From Mustelus asterias (lineage: Eukaryota), in NCBI RefSeq assembly GCF_964213995.1, contig NC_135815.1, forward strand, positions 2,418,001 to 2,482,000: a DNA stretch of 64,000 bases, read 5' to 3'. Below are positions 46,680 to 58,318 of this stretch, piece after piece. The notes below the pieces were generated by a model. It searched no databases and had not been told where the DNA came from. It was given only the letters and a program-made list of their open reading frames with translations. Made by a program: the position numbers and the translations under genes. Within the stretch, counting starts at the first letter, position 1. Every line of letters begins with the position of its first letter.

Positions 46680-46825
46680 TTCCAGACCCTGATATTACTG
46701 GACAGACAGACCCTCCCAGACCCTGATATTACTGGACAGACAGACCCTCCCAGACCCTGATATTAGTGGACAGACAGACCCTGATATTACTGGACAGACA
46801 GACCCTCCCAGACCCTGATATTATT
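46680..46825. repeat. Short tandem repeat, about 34-bp unit, about 4 copies, in the presumed 3' UTR
   Basis: CCAGACCCTGATATTACTGGACAGACAGACCCTC repeated, one copy internally shortened. Confidence 0.8.
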
Positions 46826-47441
46826 GCATGGACTGAAATTGCTGACATGTGAATATTGTGGTGAGGATATTATATACACAAAATGAAGCCAATAATTCTC
46901 CTTTGAATCTTTTCTGTATGAATATTGCTACAACCATGTAACTCATAAAAGCACATTGCATTTATAAATTCCTTTTGTTGAGTGAAATGCTGGTTTCGAT
47001 TTGCAATATGAAGGACTAACAATTGCTGGCTACTGGTCAGTGATTAATCTTTTCCAATGGGAGTTGGTGTGAATTGTGAAGAGAATGTTGGGGGTCTGGA
47101 TGAGCCTGTGTTCAATTATCGAGGCCCCAGTGAAGGGTGGAAATCTCAAGACTGTCTGCTCCTGGGCCCACGGGAAGGAGTTTGAATGAGGCTCGTTGCT
47201 GTGGTTGGTGGCCAGAGGTCAGTGGAGATTCCTGAGCCAGACTGGTGTTGGTGATTGATAGTGGGGCCAAGGAGTTCTTGTAAAACGGAATTCAAATGTG
47301 ATCATAGAGCTAATTACCAAAACCCTCAGGGCAGAGTCCTCATCTCAACCACCTTCAGCTGCTTCACTAACCACCTTCCCTCTGTCTGAGTAACAGCGAG
47401 GAGGGTATTTGCTGATGATTTCACACTCCTCTCCATTCACA

Positions 47442-47530
47442 GTAAGAAGTCTCACAACACCAGGTTAAAGTCCAACAGGTTTATTTGGAATCACGAGCTT
47501 TCAGAGCATTGTTTCTTCAGCTGAGTGGCC
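47442..47530 (-). mobile_element. Short Penelope pLTR-end insertion
   Basis: Matches 6716-6800; TSD CTCCATTCACA (47431-47441, 47531-47541). Confidence 0.75.
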
Positions 47531-48605
47531 CTCCATTCACAACTCTCCTATCAATGAAGAAGCTAATGATAATCTGCAGTTAGACCTGGTTAACATTCAT
47601 TGGCCGAAGTGGCAACTAACATTTGTACCTTAAAGGAATTCCAGTTACCATCTCTTGATCTCCAAGGGCAACAGCACCCTGGGAGAGCTGCCATTGCCAT
47701 CCTGGGTCACCTGTGAGCAGAGGTTGATCTGGAACAGTCATATCGATGCTGTGGCTACAACAGCCGGGAAGATGTTGGACATTCTGTGATAACTGGTTCA
47801 CCTCAAAGCTTCTCAACAATCTGAAAGGTATGTTAGGTGTGGACCTGAAGACTCACTCCTTGCCTGGGTGGGTCAGTCTGCAGCAACAGACTGATAGAGT
47901 GGACGTGGAGAGAGTGTTTCCACTCATAGGAAAAACTAGAACCAGAGGGCACAACTTCAGGCTGAAAGGATGATCCTTTAAAAAAGAGATGAGGAGGAAT
48001 TTCTTCAGCCAGAGAGTGGTGAATCTGTGGAACTCTTTGCCGCAGAAGGCTGTGGAGGCCGGGTCATTGAGTGTCTTTCAGACAGAGATAGATAGGTTCT
48101 TGATTAATAAGGGGATCAGGGGTTATGGGGAAAAGGCAGGAGAAACAGGATGAGAAAAATATCAGCCATGATTGAATGGCGGAGCAGACTCAATGGGCCG
48201 AGTGGCCTCATTCTGCTCCTATGTCTTATGGTCTTATGATCTCACACTGGAGAAGCTCAATACTGTTCACGACAGTGCAATTCCCTGGGGGGCGGGGGGG
48301 CGGCCGGGGGGTTGGGGGAGGAGGTTTGCCATTTCCACCCCCACCAGCACACACTCTGCTGTGTGATCCACAGGATCAGATTACTTGGAGTGTGCTGCCC
48401 TCTCCTGATTTTTTCGCACAACAGCAGGAACATTGTCAGAATCTTTTCAGCGGTCCAAGTCACACACTCATCCTGTTTGTGTTATATCCGCCATTCCATT
48501 GTCATCCGGTCATGGGACTTTCCCACCTATCAGAACCTTGGGAATACTGTCAGTACACAGACTGCAGTGGGCCCAGTATCACAGGTCAGAGGTTAACTAG
48601 GATAG

Positions 48606-49696
48606 TATTATTGTACGGCTCAGAAACCCCAAGTAAATTATGACGTTAGATTCGATCCCAACTAGTTGTTATTTTTGCCATTGGTGTGAGGATAAGGTGT
48701 TTCACTCCAGGTGTGATTCTACTGACTCACGAGGAAGCTTTTATTAAAAGAAACTTTATTTAACAACACAGTTTAACTGTAACAGATTAATTAGTTTAAC
48801 ATTTAACATACTTCAGCTTGAAAAGATACAATTCTTAACTGCTAACCTATTCCTATGAGTTCCAATTCAAGCAATATTCTCTTTTAGACTTAAAACCTCT
48901 CTTTAAAATCAGTTAGCAAATCCCATGTTGTTTGTAGTACTAAAGCATTTTGAACACCTCTGGAGAGAAAGAGAGAGACACCTGTCTTCTGGCACCCTCA
49001 AACAGCAGCCTCCAGCGTGACAAGAGAGACACATCTTGCTTCCTTCAGGACCAGACAGAAACTAACTTTTAAAATAAAAGAGAAACTGTGTATCTTTCCT
49101 GCAAGCCCAGCCCTTCCCATTGGCACATGACTCTGTCTCTTGACAAGCAACCTAATCAAAACCCTACTCTGAAAACCCCAAGAGAAATCTAAGTAAACAC
49201 AAATGCAAGGAAGTTAAAACTAGAGGACACAGCCTCAAAATAAAGGGGGGTCGGTTTAAGACAGAGTTGAGGAGGAACTTCTTCTCCCAGAGGGTGGTGA
49301 ATCTCTGGAATTCTCTGCCCACTGAGGTGGTGGAGGCTACCTCGCTGAATATGTTTAAAGCGCGGATGGACGGATTCCTGAGCGGTAAGGGAATTAAGGG
49401 TTATGGGGATCAGGCGGGTAAGTGGTACTGATCCACGTCAGATCAGCCATGATCTTATTGAATGGCGGGGCAGGCTCGAGGGGCTAGATGGCCTACTCCT
49501 GCTCCTATTTCTTATGTTCTTATGTTCTTATTAACTCTGATTAGACAAACACACCATTAGTTACAATCAGTCATTATTCTGCATTCTCAACATGGAGCTC
49601 CCTGTTGCCCAGGCAAATGGGCACCACATAAAACAGAGCAGAATTTTAAACATACCCCTTACAAGGAGCATTTCTTAAAGGCACAGCATCATCACA
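48606..49696 (-). mobile_element. LTR-like repeat (family of 27-1606) hosting a CR1 3' end (about 49215-49530, +)
   Basis: Near-identical blocks to 17740-17860 and the terminus ttcttaaaggcacagcatcatcaca. Confidence 0.6.
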
Positions 49697-50600
49697 TTAG
49701 AAAAGAAATATTCACACTCCAGAATAAAAATACATTGGATACATTTATTCTCATTTCTGGGGATTTTTTTGGACAATTTGATGTTAAAACCTTAATTTTG
49801 TCGTGGGAGATATATGCTGATAATTATTTTGGAGAGAAACTGTTTTGTATGATTGGCTAAGTTTGATTTTCAATTTATATATTAGTCTCGGCTGGTCAGC
49901 AGTAGGGGTTGTATTTAGAAATCATTGCCAGTAATTTCCAATTATTTCTCTCACAAATTTTAAAGTCTGTTCCTCCATCTTCAACCAACCAATCAACAGG
50001 ATATGGTCATGACAGCAGGGGCCTGACCCTGGCACTGCCCGTTGGCAGGGTTTTAGATGAGGGGTGAGTGTGAAAAAGGACAAAGGGGCTTCCTGTCGTG
50101 TTCCGACCCACTCCCACCTCGGGAGCAGAAGAGGCCTCAGACAGGCCACTCAGTCTTTCACAATTGAGGCCCTGAAACAGCCAATTACTGACCACTTAGC
50201 GGCCATTTCACACCCAGCTTCAATTTCATAGGCTGGTGCAGGGATTTCCCACCAATGGGGGAAGCCACAAAATAATCACATTTAGGCCTGGAGCAGGGTG
50301 TGTGTTGGGGAGGGGGGGGGGGGGGGGGGTGCAGGGTGGAGAGGGAGGGGGAGGGAGGCAGGGTGGAGAGGGAGCAAAGGAGTCTGGGAAGGGTTTTTAT
50401 TTTAACTTTAAAAGTCAGTTACCTGGGTGGTTCCCCCTCAGTAGTAGTTTTTTTTTTTTCTCTCGGGCCCCTAGCCCTATAAATTGGTGCAGAGGAGATA
50501 CCCGATCCTCTACACTGGTAGAGGATCCCACCCTTCCATCCTCCTCTAACCTAATTATAAGTGTGGGGAAGTTTTTTGTTTTCTTTTTTTCTTGCTGGTA

Positions 50601-51530
50601 ATGGCTTCAGGGATGGCAGTTCAGGCAGTATGCTGCATCTCCTGTGGGATGTATGTGGTGAGGAAATCCAGTAGTGTTTCAGGAGATTTTAGTTGTAAGA
50701 AGTGCATTAGATTGCAGCTTCTGGAGGAGCGTGTAAAGGAGCTGGAGGGGGAGGTAGAGGAACTCCGCATAATTCGGGAGGCGGAGGTGGAAGTTGATAG
50801 GAGTTATAGAGAAATAGTAACTCCTAGAAATGAGGCTTGGGTCAATGCCAGGAGGAGGGGTAAGAAGCAATCGGGAAGACAATCCCCTGGGGCGGTTCCC
50901 CTCCATAATAGGTTTTCGGTGCTGGAGGCTACAGTTGAGGAGGAATCAACTGAGCATAGAGAGCAGATCTCTGGGGGTGAGCCGAGTGAGAAAGCTCAGG
51001 TGGTTAGGGGCTGTAAAAGACTGGGCCTTGTGATTGGGGACTCCACAATTAAGGGGACAGATAGGAGGGTCGGAACTAAAGGTAGGGACTCAGGGTTGGT
51101 GTGTTGCCTACCAGGGGCTGGGGTCCGGGATGTGTCTGACAGGGTATTCAGGACTCTTAGGGGGGAGGGAGATAAACCACAAGTTATTGTACATGTGGGG
51201 ACACACGACATAGGGAGGATAGGGGAAGGGGATATTAGGCAGGGATTTATGGAGTTGGGGTGGAAACTAAAGGCCAAGACTGACAGAGTGGTTATCTCTG
51301 GACTCTTGCCTGTACCACGGGATAGTTTAGAGAGGAATAGGGAGAGGGAAGGTTTGAATTCATGGCTGAGGGGATGGTGCAGGAGGGAGGGGTTCAGGTA
51401 CTTAAGCAATTGGGGCTCGTACTGGGGAAGGTGTGACCTCTATGAGAAGGATGGTCTACACCTTAATCAGAAGGGGACCAATATCCTGGGGGGTAAATTT
51501 GCTAAGGCCATGCAGGGAGGTTTAAACTGA
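50601..51530 (+). CDS. CR1 ORF1p (CxxC..CxxC zinc finger, coiled coil, SGNH esterase-like domain)
   Basis: CCISCGMY...FSCKKC; LEERVKELEGEVEEL; VIGDS, VHVGTHD, DGLHLN; first ATG at 50601. Confidence 0.9.
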   Translation: MASGMAVQAVCCISCGMYVVRKSSSVSGDFSCKKCIRLQLLEERVKELEGEVEELRIIREAEVEVDRSYREIVTPRNEAWVNARRRGKKQSGRQSPGAVPLHNRFSVLEATVEEESTEHREQISGGEPSEKAQVVRGCKRLGLVIGDSTIKGTDRRVGTKGRDSGLVCCLPGAGVRDVSDRVFRTLRGEGDKPQVIVHVGTHDIGRIGEGDIRQGFMELGWKLKAKTDRVVISGLLPVPRDSLERNREREGLNSWLRGWCRREGFRYLSNWGSYWGRCDLYEKDGLHLNQKGTNILGGKFAKAMQGGLN

Positions 51531-51580
51531 TTCGGGGGGGGGGAGGGATCCTGAGTAGTGGGGCTGAAAGTGAGGGATGC

Positions 51581-54400
51581 ATGGATGGGGACTGCAATGC
51601 ACGGCATTGCAGAGGTGGGGTGGAGCAGGGTTTGAAATGTGTATACTTCAATGCCAGGAGTATTCGCAATAAAGTGGGTGAACTTGCAGCGTGGATCAGT
51701 ACCTGGGACTTCGATGTTGTGGCTATTTCAGAGACATGGATAGAGCAGGGGCAGGAATGGATGCTGCAGGTCCCGGGGTTCAAATGTTTTAGTCGAAGTA
51801 GGGAAGGAGGTAGAAGAGGGGGAGGGGTAGCATTATTGGTCAGAGATTGTATCACAGTGTCAGAGAGGAGGTTTGATGAGGACTTATCTGTTGAGGTAGT
51901 ATGGGCGGAGATTAGAAATAGGAGAGGAGAGGTCACCCTGTTGGGAGTCTTTTATAGACCTCCTAAAAGTTCTAGAGAGGTTGAGGAAAGGATTGCGGAG
52001 TCAATCCTGCTTAGGAGTGAAAGTAATAGGGCAATTGTTATGGGGGATTTTAACTTGACTAATATTGACTGGAATTGTTATAGCTCTAGCTCGTTAGAGG
52101 GGTCAGTTTTTGTTCAAAGCGTGCAGGAAGGTTTTTTGACTCAGTATGTAGACAGGCCAACTAGAGGTGAGGCTATATTGGATCTGGTGCTGGGAAATGA
52201 GCCAGACCAGGTGCTAGACTTGGAAGTTGGTGTGCATTTTGGTGATAGTGACCACAATTCGGTTACGTTCACCTTAGTGATGGAAAGGGATAGGCATGAA
52301 CCTCGGGCCAGTGGTTTTAGCTGGGGGAAGGGTAATTATGAGGCTATTAGGAGAGAATTAGGAAACATAGGTTGGACTAGGAGATTACAGGGACTGGGAA
52401 CGTCCGACATGTGGAGTTTTTTCAAGGAGCAGCTACTGCGAGTCTGTGATAGGTATGTCCCTGTCAGGCAAGGAGGAATTGGTAGGGCTGGGGAACCGTG
52501 GTGCACCAAAAAAGTTTCTTTGTTGGTTAAAAAGAAAAAGGAGGCTTATGTTCGGATGAGACGTGAGCACTCGGGTAGTGCACTAGAAAGCTTTAGATTG
52601 GCTAAGAGGGAGTTGAAGAGCGAGCTTAGAAGGGCTAAAAGGGGACATGAGAAGACTTTGGCGGATAGGGTTAAAGAGAATCCTAAGGCGTTCTATAGGT
52701 ATGTCAAGAACAGAAGGTTGGTTAGGGCAAGTTTAGGGCCAGTTATAGATGGCAGAGGGAAGTTATGTGTGGAACCGGAGGAGATTGGTGAAGCATTGAA
52801 CCAATATTTCTCTTCGGTGTTCACGCAAGGGGACATGAATATAGCTGAGGAGGACACTGGGTTGCAGGGGAGTAGAATAGACATTATTACAGTTGATAAG
52901 GAGGATGTGCAGGATATTCTGGAGGGTCTGAAAATAGATAAATCCCCTGGTCCGGATGGGATTTATCCAAGGATTCTCTGGGAGGCAAGAGAAGTGATTG
53001 CAGAGCCTCTGGCTCTGATCTTCAGGTCGTCGTTGGCCTCTGGTATAGTACCAGAAGATTGGAGGTTAGCGAATGTTGTCCCATTGTTTAAGAAGGGGAA
53101 CAGAGACTTCCCCGGGAATTATAGACCGGTGAGTCTCACTTCTGTTGTCGGCAAGATGTTGGAAAAAATTATAAGGGATAGGATTTATAGTTATTTGGAG
53201 AGTAATGAATTGATAGGTGATAGTCAGCATGGTTTTGTGGCAGGTAGGTCGTGCCTTACTAACCTTATTGAGTTTTTTGAGAAAGTGACCAAGGAGGTGG
53301 ATGGGGGCAAGGCAGTGGACGTGGTATATATGGATTTTAGTAAGGCGTTTGATAAGGTTCACCATGGTAGGCTTCTGCAGAAAATGCAGATGTATGGGAT
53401 TGGGGGTGATCTAGGAAATTGGATCAGGAATTGGCTAGCGGATAGGAAACAGAGGGTGGTGGTTGATAGTAAATATTCATCATGGAGTGCGGTTACAAGT
53501 GGTGTACCTCAGGGATCTGTTTTGGGGCCACTGCTGTTTGTAATATTTATTAATGATCTGGATGAGGGTATAGTTGGGTGGATTAGCAAATTTGCTGATG
53601 ACACCAAAGTCGGTGGTGTGGTAGACAGTGAGGAAGGGTGTCGTAGTTTGAAGGAAGACTTAGACAGGTTGCAAAGTTGGGCCGAGAGGTGGCGGATGGA
53701 GTTTAATGCGGAGAAGTGTGAGGTAATTCACTTTGGTAGGAATAACAGATGTGTTGAGTATAGGGCTAACGGGAGGACTTTGAATAGTGTGGAGGAGCAG
53801 AGGGATCTAGGTGTATGTGTGCATAGATCCCTGAAAGTTGGGAATCAAGTAGATAAGGTTGTTAAGAAGGCATATGGTGTCTTGGCGTTTATTGGTAGGG
53901 GGATTGAATTTAGGAGTCGTAGCGTTATGTTGCAACTGTACACAACTCTGGTGCGGCCGCACTTGGAGTACTGTGTGCAGTTCTGGTCCCCACATTACAG
54001 GAAGGATGTGGAGGCTTTGGAGAGGGTGCAGAGGAGGTTTACCAGGATGTTGCCTGGTATGGAGGGGAGATCCTATGAGGAGAGGCTGAGGGATTTGGGA
54101 TTGTTTTCGCTGGAAAGGCGGCGGCTAAGAGGGGATCTTATTGAAACATATAAGATGATTAGAGGTTTAGATAGGGTGGATAGTGATAGCCTTTTTCCTC
54201 TGATGGAGAAATCCAGCACGAGGGGGCATGGCTTTAAATTGAGGGGGGGTAGTTATAGAACCGATGTCAGGGGTAGGTTCTTTACCCAGAGGGTGGTGAG
54301 GGATTGGAATGCCCTGCCAGCATCAGTAGTAAATGCGCCTAGTTTGGGGGCGTTTAAGAGATCCGTAGATAGGTTCATGGACGAAAAGAAATTGGTTTAG
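51581..54400 (+). CDS. CR1 ORF2p (APE endonuclease plus reverse transcriptase), 939 aa
   Basis: YFNARS, AISETW, MGDFN, SDHN endonuclease motifs; [25 protein letters not shown] motifs; no stops. Confidence 0.95.
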   Translation: MDGDCNARHCRGGVEQGLKCVYFNARSIRNKVGELAAWISTWDFDVVAISETWIEQGQEWMLQVPGFKCFSRSREGGRRGGGVALLVRDCITVSERRFDEDLSVEVVWAEIRNRRGEVTLLGVFYRPPKSSREVEERIAESILLRSESNRAIVMGDFNLTNIDWNCYSSSSLEGSVFVQSVQEGFLTQYVDRPTRGEAILDLVLGNEPDQVLDLEVGVHFGDSDHNSVTFTLVMERDRHEPRASGFSWGKGNYEAIRRELGNIGWTRRLQGLGTSDMWSFFKEQLLRVCDRYVPVRQGGIGRAGEPWCTKKVSLLVKKKKEAYVRMRREHSGSALESFRLAKRELKSELRRAKRGHEKTLADRVKENPKAFYRYVKNRRLVRASLGPVIDGRGKLCVEPEEIGEALNQYFSSVFTQGDMNIAEEDTGLQGSRIDIITVDKEDVQDILEGLKIDKSPGPDGIYPRILWEAREVIAEPLALIFRSSLASGIVPEDWRLANVVPLFKKGNRDFPGNYRPVSLTSVVGKMLEKIIRDRIYSYLESNELIGDSQHGFVAGRSCLTNLIEFFEKVTKEVDGGKAVDVVYMDFSKAFDKVHHGRLLQKMQMYGIGGDLGNWIRNWLADRKQRVVVDSKYSSWSAVTSGVPQGSVLGPLLFVIFINDLDEGIVGWISKFADDTKVGGVVDSEEGCRSLKEDLDRLQSWAERWRMEFNAEKCEVIHFGRNNRCVEYRANGRTLNSVEEQRDLGVCVHRSLKVGNQVDKVVKKAYGVLAFIGRGIEFRSRSVMLQLYTTLVRPHLEYCVQFWSPHYRKDVEALERVQRRFTRMLPGMEGRSYEERLRDLGLFSLERRRLRGDLIETYKMIRGLDRVDSDSLFPLMEKSSTRGHGFKLRGGSYRTDVRGRFFTQRVVRDWNALPASVVNAPSLGAFKRSVDRFMDEKKLV

Positions 54401-54496
54401 GTTGGAGGGTCACAGTTTTTTTTTAACTGGTCGGTGCAACATCGTGGGCCGAAGGGCCTGTTCTGCGCTGTAATGTTCTATGTTCTATGTTCTATG

Positions 54497-56466
54497 GAGG
54501 GGGAGGGAGGCAGGGTGGAGAGGGAGGGGGAGGGAGGCAGGGTGGAGAGGGAGGGAGGGGGAGGGAGGCAGGGTGGAGAGGGAGGGGGAGGGAGGCAGGG
54601 AGGGGGAGGGAGGCAGGGTGGAGAGGGAGGGAGGGGGAGGGAGGCAGGGTGGAGAGGGAGGGGGANNNNNNNNNNNNNNNNNNNNNNNNNNNNNNNNNNN
54701 NNNNNNNNNNNNNNNNNNNNNNNNNNNNNNNNNNNNNNNNNNNNNNNNNNNNNNNNNNNNNNNNNNNNNNNNNNNNNNNNNNNNNNNNNNNNNNNNNNTA
54801 GGGAGGCAGGGTGGAGAGGGAGGGGGAGGGAGGCAGGGTGGAGAGGGAGGGGGAGGGAGGCAGGGTGGAGAGGGAGGGGGAGGGAGGGAGGCAGGGTGGA
54901 CAGGGAGTGAGGGGGAGGGAGGCAGGGTGGAGAGGGAGGGGGAGGGAGGCAAGGTGGAGAGGGAGGGGGAGAGAGGGAGGGGGAGGGAGGCAGGGTGGAG
55001 AGGGAGGGGGAGGGAGGCAGGGAGGGGGAGGGAGGCAGGGTGGAGTGGGAGGGGGAGGGAGGCAGGGTGGAGAGGGAGGGGGAGGGAGGCAAGGTGGAGT
55101 GGGAGGGGGAGGGAGGCAGGGTGGAGAGGGAGGGGGAGGGAGGCAGGGTGGAGTGGGAGGAGGAGGGAGGCAGGGTGGAGAGGGAGGGGGAGGGAGGCAG
55201 GGTGGAGTGGGAGGAGGAGGGAGGCAGGGTGGAGTGGGAGGGGGAGGGAGGCAGGGTGGAGTGGGAGGGGGAGGGAGGCAGGGTGGAGTGGGAGGGGGAG
55301 GGAGGCAGGGTGGAGTGGGGGGGGAGGGAGGCAGGGGGGAGGGAGGCAGGGTGGATTGGGAGGGGGAGGGAGGCAGGGTGGACTGGGAGGGGGAGGGAGG
55401 CAGGGTGGAGTGGGAGGGGGAGGGAGGCAGGGTGGATTGGGATGGGGAGGGAGGCAGGGTGAAGTGGGAGGGGGAGGGAGGCAGGGTGGAGTGGGAGGGG
55501 GAGGGAGGCAGGGTGAAGTGGGAGGGGGAGGGAGGCAGGGTGGATTGGGAGGGGGAGGGAGGCAGGGTGAAGTGGGAGGGGGAGGGAGGCAGGGTGGATG
55601 GGGAGGGGGAGGGAGGCAGGGTGGATTGGGAGGGGGAGGGAGGCAGGGTGGAGTGGGAGGGGGAGGGAGGCAGGGTGGAGTGGGAGGGGGAGGGAGGCAG
55701 GGTGGATTGGGAGGGGGAGGGAGGCAGGGTGGAGTGGGAGGGGGAGGGAGGCAGGGTGGAGTGGGGGGGGAGGGAGGCAGGGTGGAGTCGGGGGGAGGGA
55801 GGCAGGGTGGAGTGGGAGGGGGAGGGAGGCAGGGTGAAGTGGGAGGGGGAGGGAGGCAGGGTGGATTGGGAGGGGGAGGGAGGCAGGGTGGATTGGGAGG
55901 GGGAGGGAGGCAGGGTGGAGTGGGAGGGGGAGGGAGGCAGGGTGGAGTGGGAGGGGTAGGGAGGCAGGGTGGATTGGGAGGGGGAGGGAGGCAGGGTGGA
56001 GTGGGAGGGGGAGGGAGGCAGGGTGGAGTGGGGGGGGAGGGAGGCAGGGTGGAGTGGGGGGGGAGGGAGGCAGGGTGGAGTGGGGGGGGAGGGAGGCAGG
56101 GTGGAGTGGGAGGGGGAGGGAGGCAGGGTGGATTGGGAGGGGGAGGGAGGCAGGGTGGAGTGGGAGGGGGACGGAGGCAGGGTGGAGTGGGAGGGGGAGG
56201 GAGGCAGGGTGGAGTGGGGGGGGAGGGAGGCAGGGTAGATTGGGAGGGGGAGGGAGGCAGGGTGGAGTGGGAGGGGGAGGGAGGCAGGGTGGATTGGGAG
56301 GGGGAGGGAGGCAGGGTGGAGTGGGAGGGGGAGGGAGGCAGGCTGGATTGGGAAGGGGAGGGAGGCAGGGTAGAGTGGGAGGGGGAGGGAGGCAGGGTGG
56401 AGTGGGAGGGGGAGGGAGGCAGGGTGGATTGGGAAGGGGAGGGAGGCAGGGTGGAGTGGGAGGGGG
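54497..56466. repeat. G-rich 27-bp minisatellite (consensus GGGAGGGGGAGGGAGGCAGGGTGGAGT), with an assembly gap at 54666-54798; first units lie upstream of the CR1 at about 50330-50373
   Basis: Direct reading; variant units end in GAGA, GAGT or GATT. Confidence 0.95.
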
Positions 56467-56852
56467 TGCTCTATCAGAAGTCAACTTCAACTTTGGTTTT
56501 CCCCGCCAACTTCAGGTCCGGTGGCTGCTGGAACACCCTGCACTGGCCCATCTCCCAGCCCCTGCCAACCCACAGCCTTTCACTCAACAGGCCAATCCTC
56601 CAACATTCATTCCCCCCAAGCCTTCCCCTCTTCTCCGTATCCCCAAATGGACACAGGACACGTGCTCCCTCAGTCCTGGGGAGAAGATGTTTCACACAAC
56701 ATGGTGGGAGGAACATGCCCAGTGCACAATCCTTACCCACCATATTGGAGCCTTGATACCAGCTTCTGCAACTCAAAGGGAAGCCACACCTCCCAGTCTT
56801 CCCTGGATTCCCTGGATTCCACCCGGAATCCTGAACCCTGCCTTGTCTATCC

Positions 56853-56933
56853 AAATAAACCTGTTGGACTTTAACCTGGTGTTGTTAAACTTCTTACTGT
56901 GTTTACCCCAGTCCAACGCCGGCATCTCCACAT
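56853..56933 (+). mobile_element. Short Penelope pLTR-tail insertion
   Basis: aaataaacctgttggactttaacctgg...catctccacat; TSD CTTGTCTATCC (56842-56852, 56934-56944). Confidence 0.8.
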
Positions 56934-57800
56934 CTTGTCTATCCTTCCCATCAGCACCACCCTGCTCACCAATTTGAATTCAATAAATATCTGGAATTAG
57001 GAATCTACTGGTGACCATGAAACCATCGTGGATTGTCGGAAAAACCCACCTGGTTTACTCAATGTCCTTTAGGGAAGGAAATCTGCTGTCCTTACCCGGT
57101 CTGGCCTACTGGTGACTCCAGATATGGTTGACTCTCAACTGCCCTCTGAAAATGGCCTCGCAAGCCATTCAGTTGTTCAAGAAGGCAGCTCACCACCACC
57201 TTCTCAAGGGCACATAGGGATGGGCAATAAATGCCGGCCAACCAGCGGTGTCCATGTCCCATAAATTAATGAAAAATAAAGCTCCATCAGCCCCTTTTCC
57301 GCCACTGGCAAAATGGCAGCAGCAAGAGATCTGGCCCACCAGCTCCACCCACCTGCATCATTTTTCCAGCTTTCTCACTTTCCACCATGAAGCCAAAGGG
57401 CTTCAAAGATTCCGGGCTCGGAGTATAAACGGATGTGATCTTCTTTTCCCACTGTGCCCCTCCTGGGTGCTTTGAAGCTTTAAGCTGCTAACTTGGGTTG
57501 TGACTGTGCGACGTGGACTCTCTGTGCTCTGTCTGTGCCCTCACAGTCACATCGAATCTGATCATGGCATTCTCGTCACTAAAGTATTTTTTTAACAGCA
57601 CGACCATCAATAAGAATGGAAATGGTGGGGAAGTGGCTGGAATTATTGCAGCACCTAAAAGGGTAATGAGCTTGAGCTGGTGACCACGTACGCTTTGACA
57701 GCTCACCACAAGAGGAAGTATCTTATTCTGGTTCTGTGTAGCTGCAGCTCTCTCTCCACTGGGTATTTTGTGATTCTTTCATGGGCTGTGCTCATCATTG

Positions 57801-58318
57801 GTGATTTGATTTGATTTGATTTATTATTGTCACTTGTATTAACATACAGTGAAAAGTAGTGTTTCTTGCGCGCTATACAGACAAAGCATACCGTTCATAG
57901 AGAAGGAAAGAAGAGAGTGCAGAATGTAGTGTTACAGTCATAGCTCAGGTGTAGAGAAAGATCAACTTAATGCAAGGTAGATCCATTCAGAAGTCTGACA
58001 GCAGCAGGGAAGAAGCTGTTCTTGAGTCGGTTGGTACGTGACCTCAGACTTTTGTATCTTTTTCCCGACAGAAGAAGGTGGAAGAGAGAATGTCCGGGGT
58101 GCGTGGGGTCCTTAATTATGCTGGCTGCTTTTCCGAGGCAGTGGGACGTGTAGACAGAGTCAATGGATGGGAGGCTGGTTTGCGTGATGAATTGGGCTAC
58201 ATTCGCGACCATTTGTAGTTCCTTGCGGTCTTGGGCAGAGCAAGAGCCATACCAAGCTGTGATACAACCAGAAAGAATGCTTTCTATGGTGCATCTGTAA
58301 AAGTTGGCGAGAATCATG
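57801..58318 (-). mobile_element. Rex1/Babar-type LINE 3' fragment
   Basis: ORF 57967-58317 FYRCTIESILSGCITAWYG...RLKNSFFPAAVRLLN; near-identical to 16436-16930; (AAATC)n tail. Confidence 0.8.

Larger units (their letters stand above)
50374..54496 (+). mobile_element. Full-length, apparently intact CR1 LINE
   Basis: 5' UTR, uninterrupted ORF1 and ORF2, (TTCTATG)3 tail; the same G-rich repeat flanks both sides. Confidence 0.95.

Noticed and set aside
46983-47072. ITIM-like LQYEGL in a short + strand frame
   Set aside because: Lies after the stop of the terminal exon, is preceded by an in-frame TGA and has no compatible acceptor; probably chance.
54434-56977. Long Gly/Arg/Glu- or Pro-rich ORFs (up to 758 aa)
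   Set aside because: Artefacts of a stop-poor 27-bp satellite spanning an N gap.
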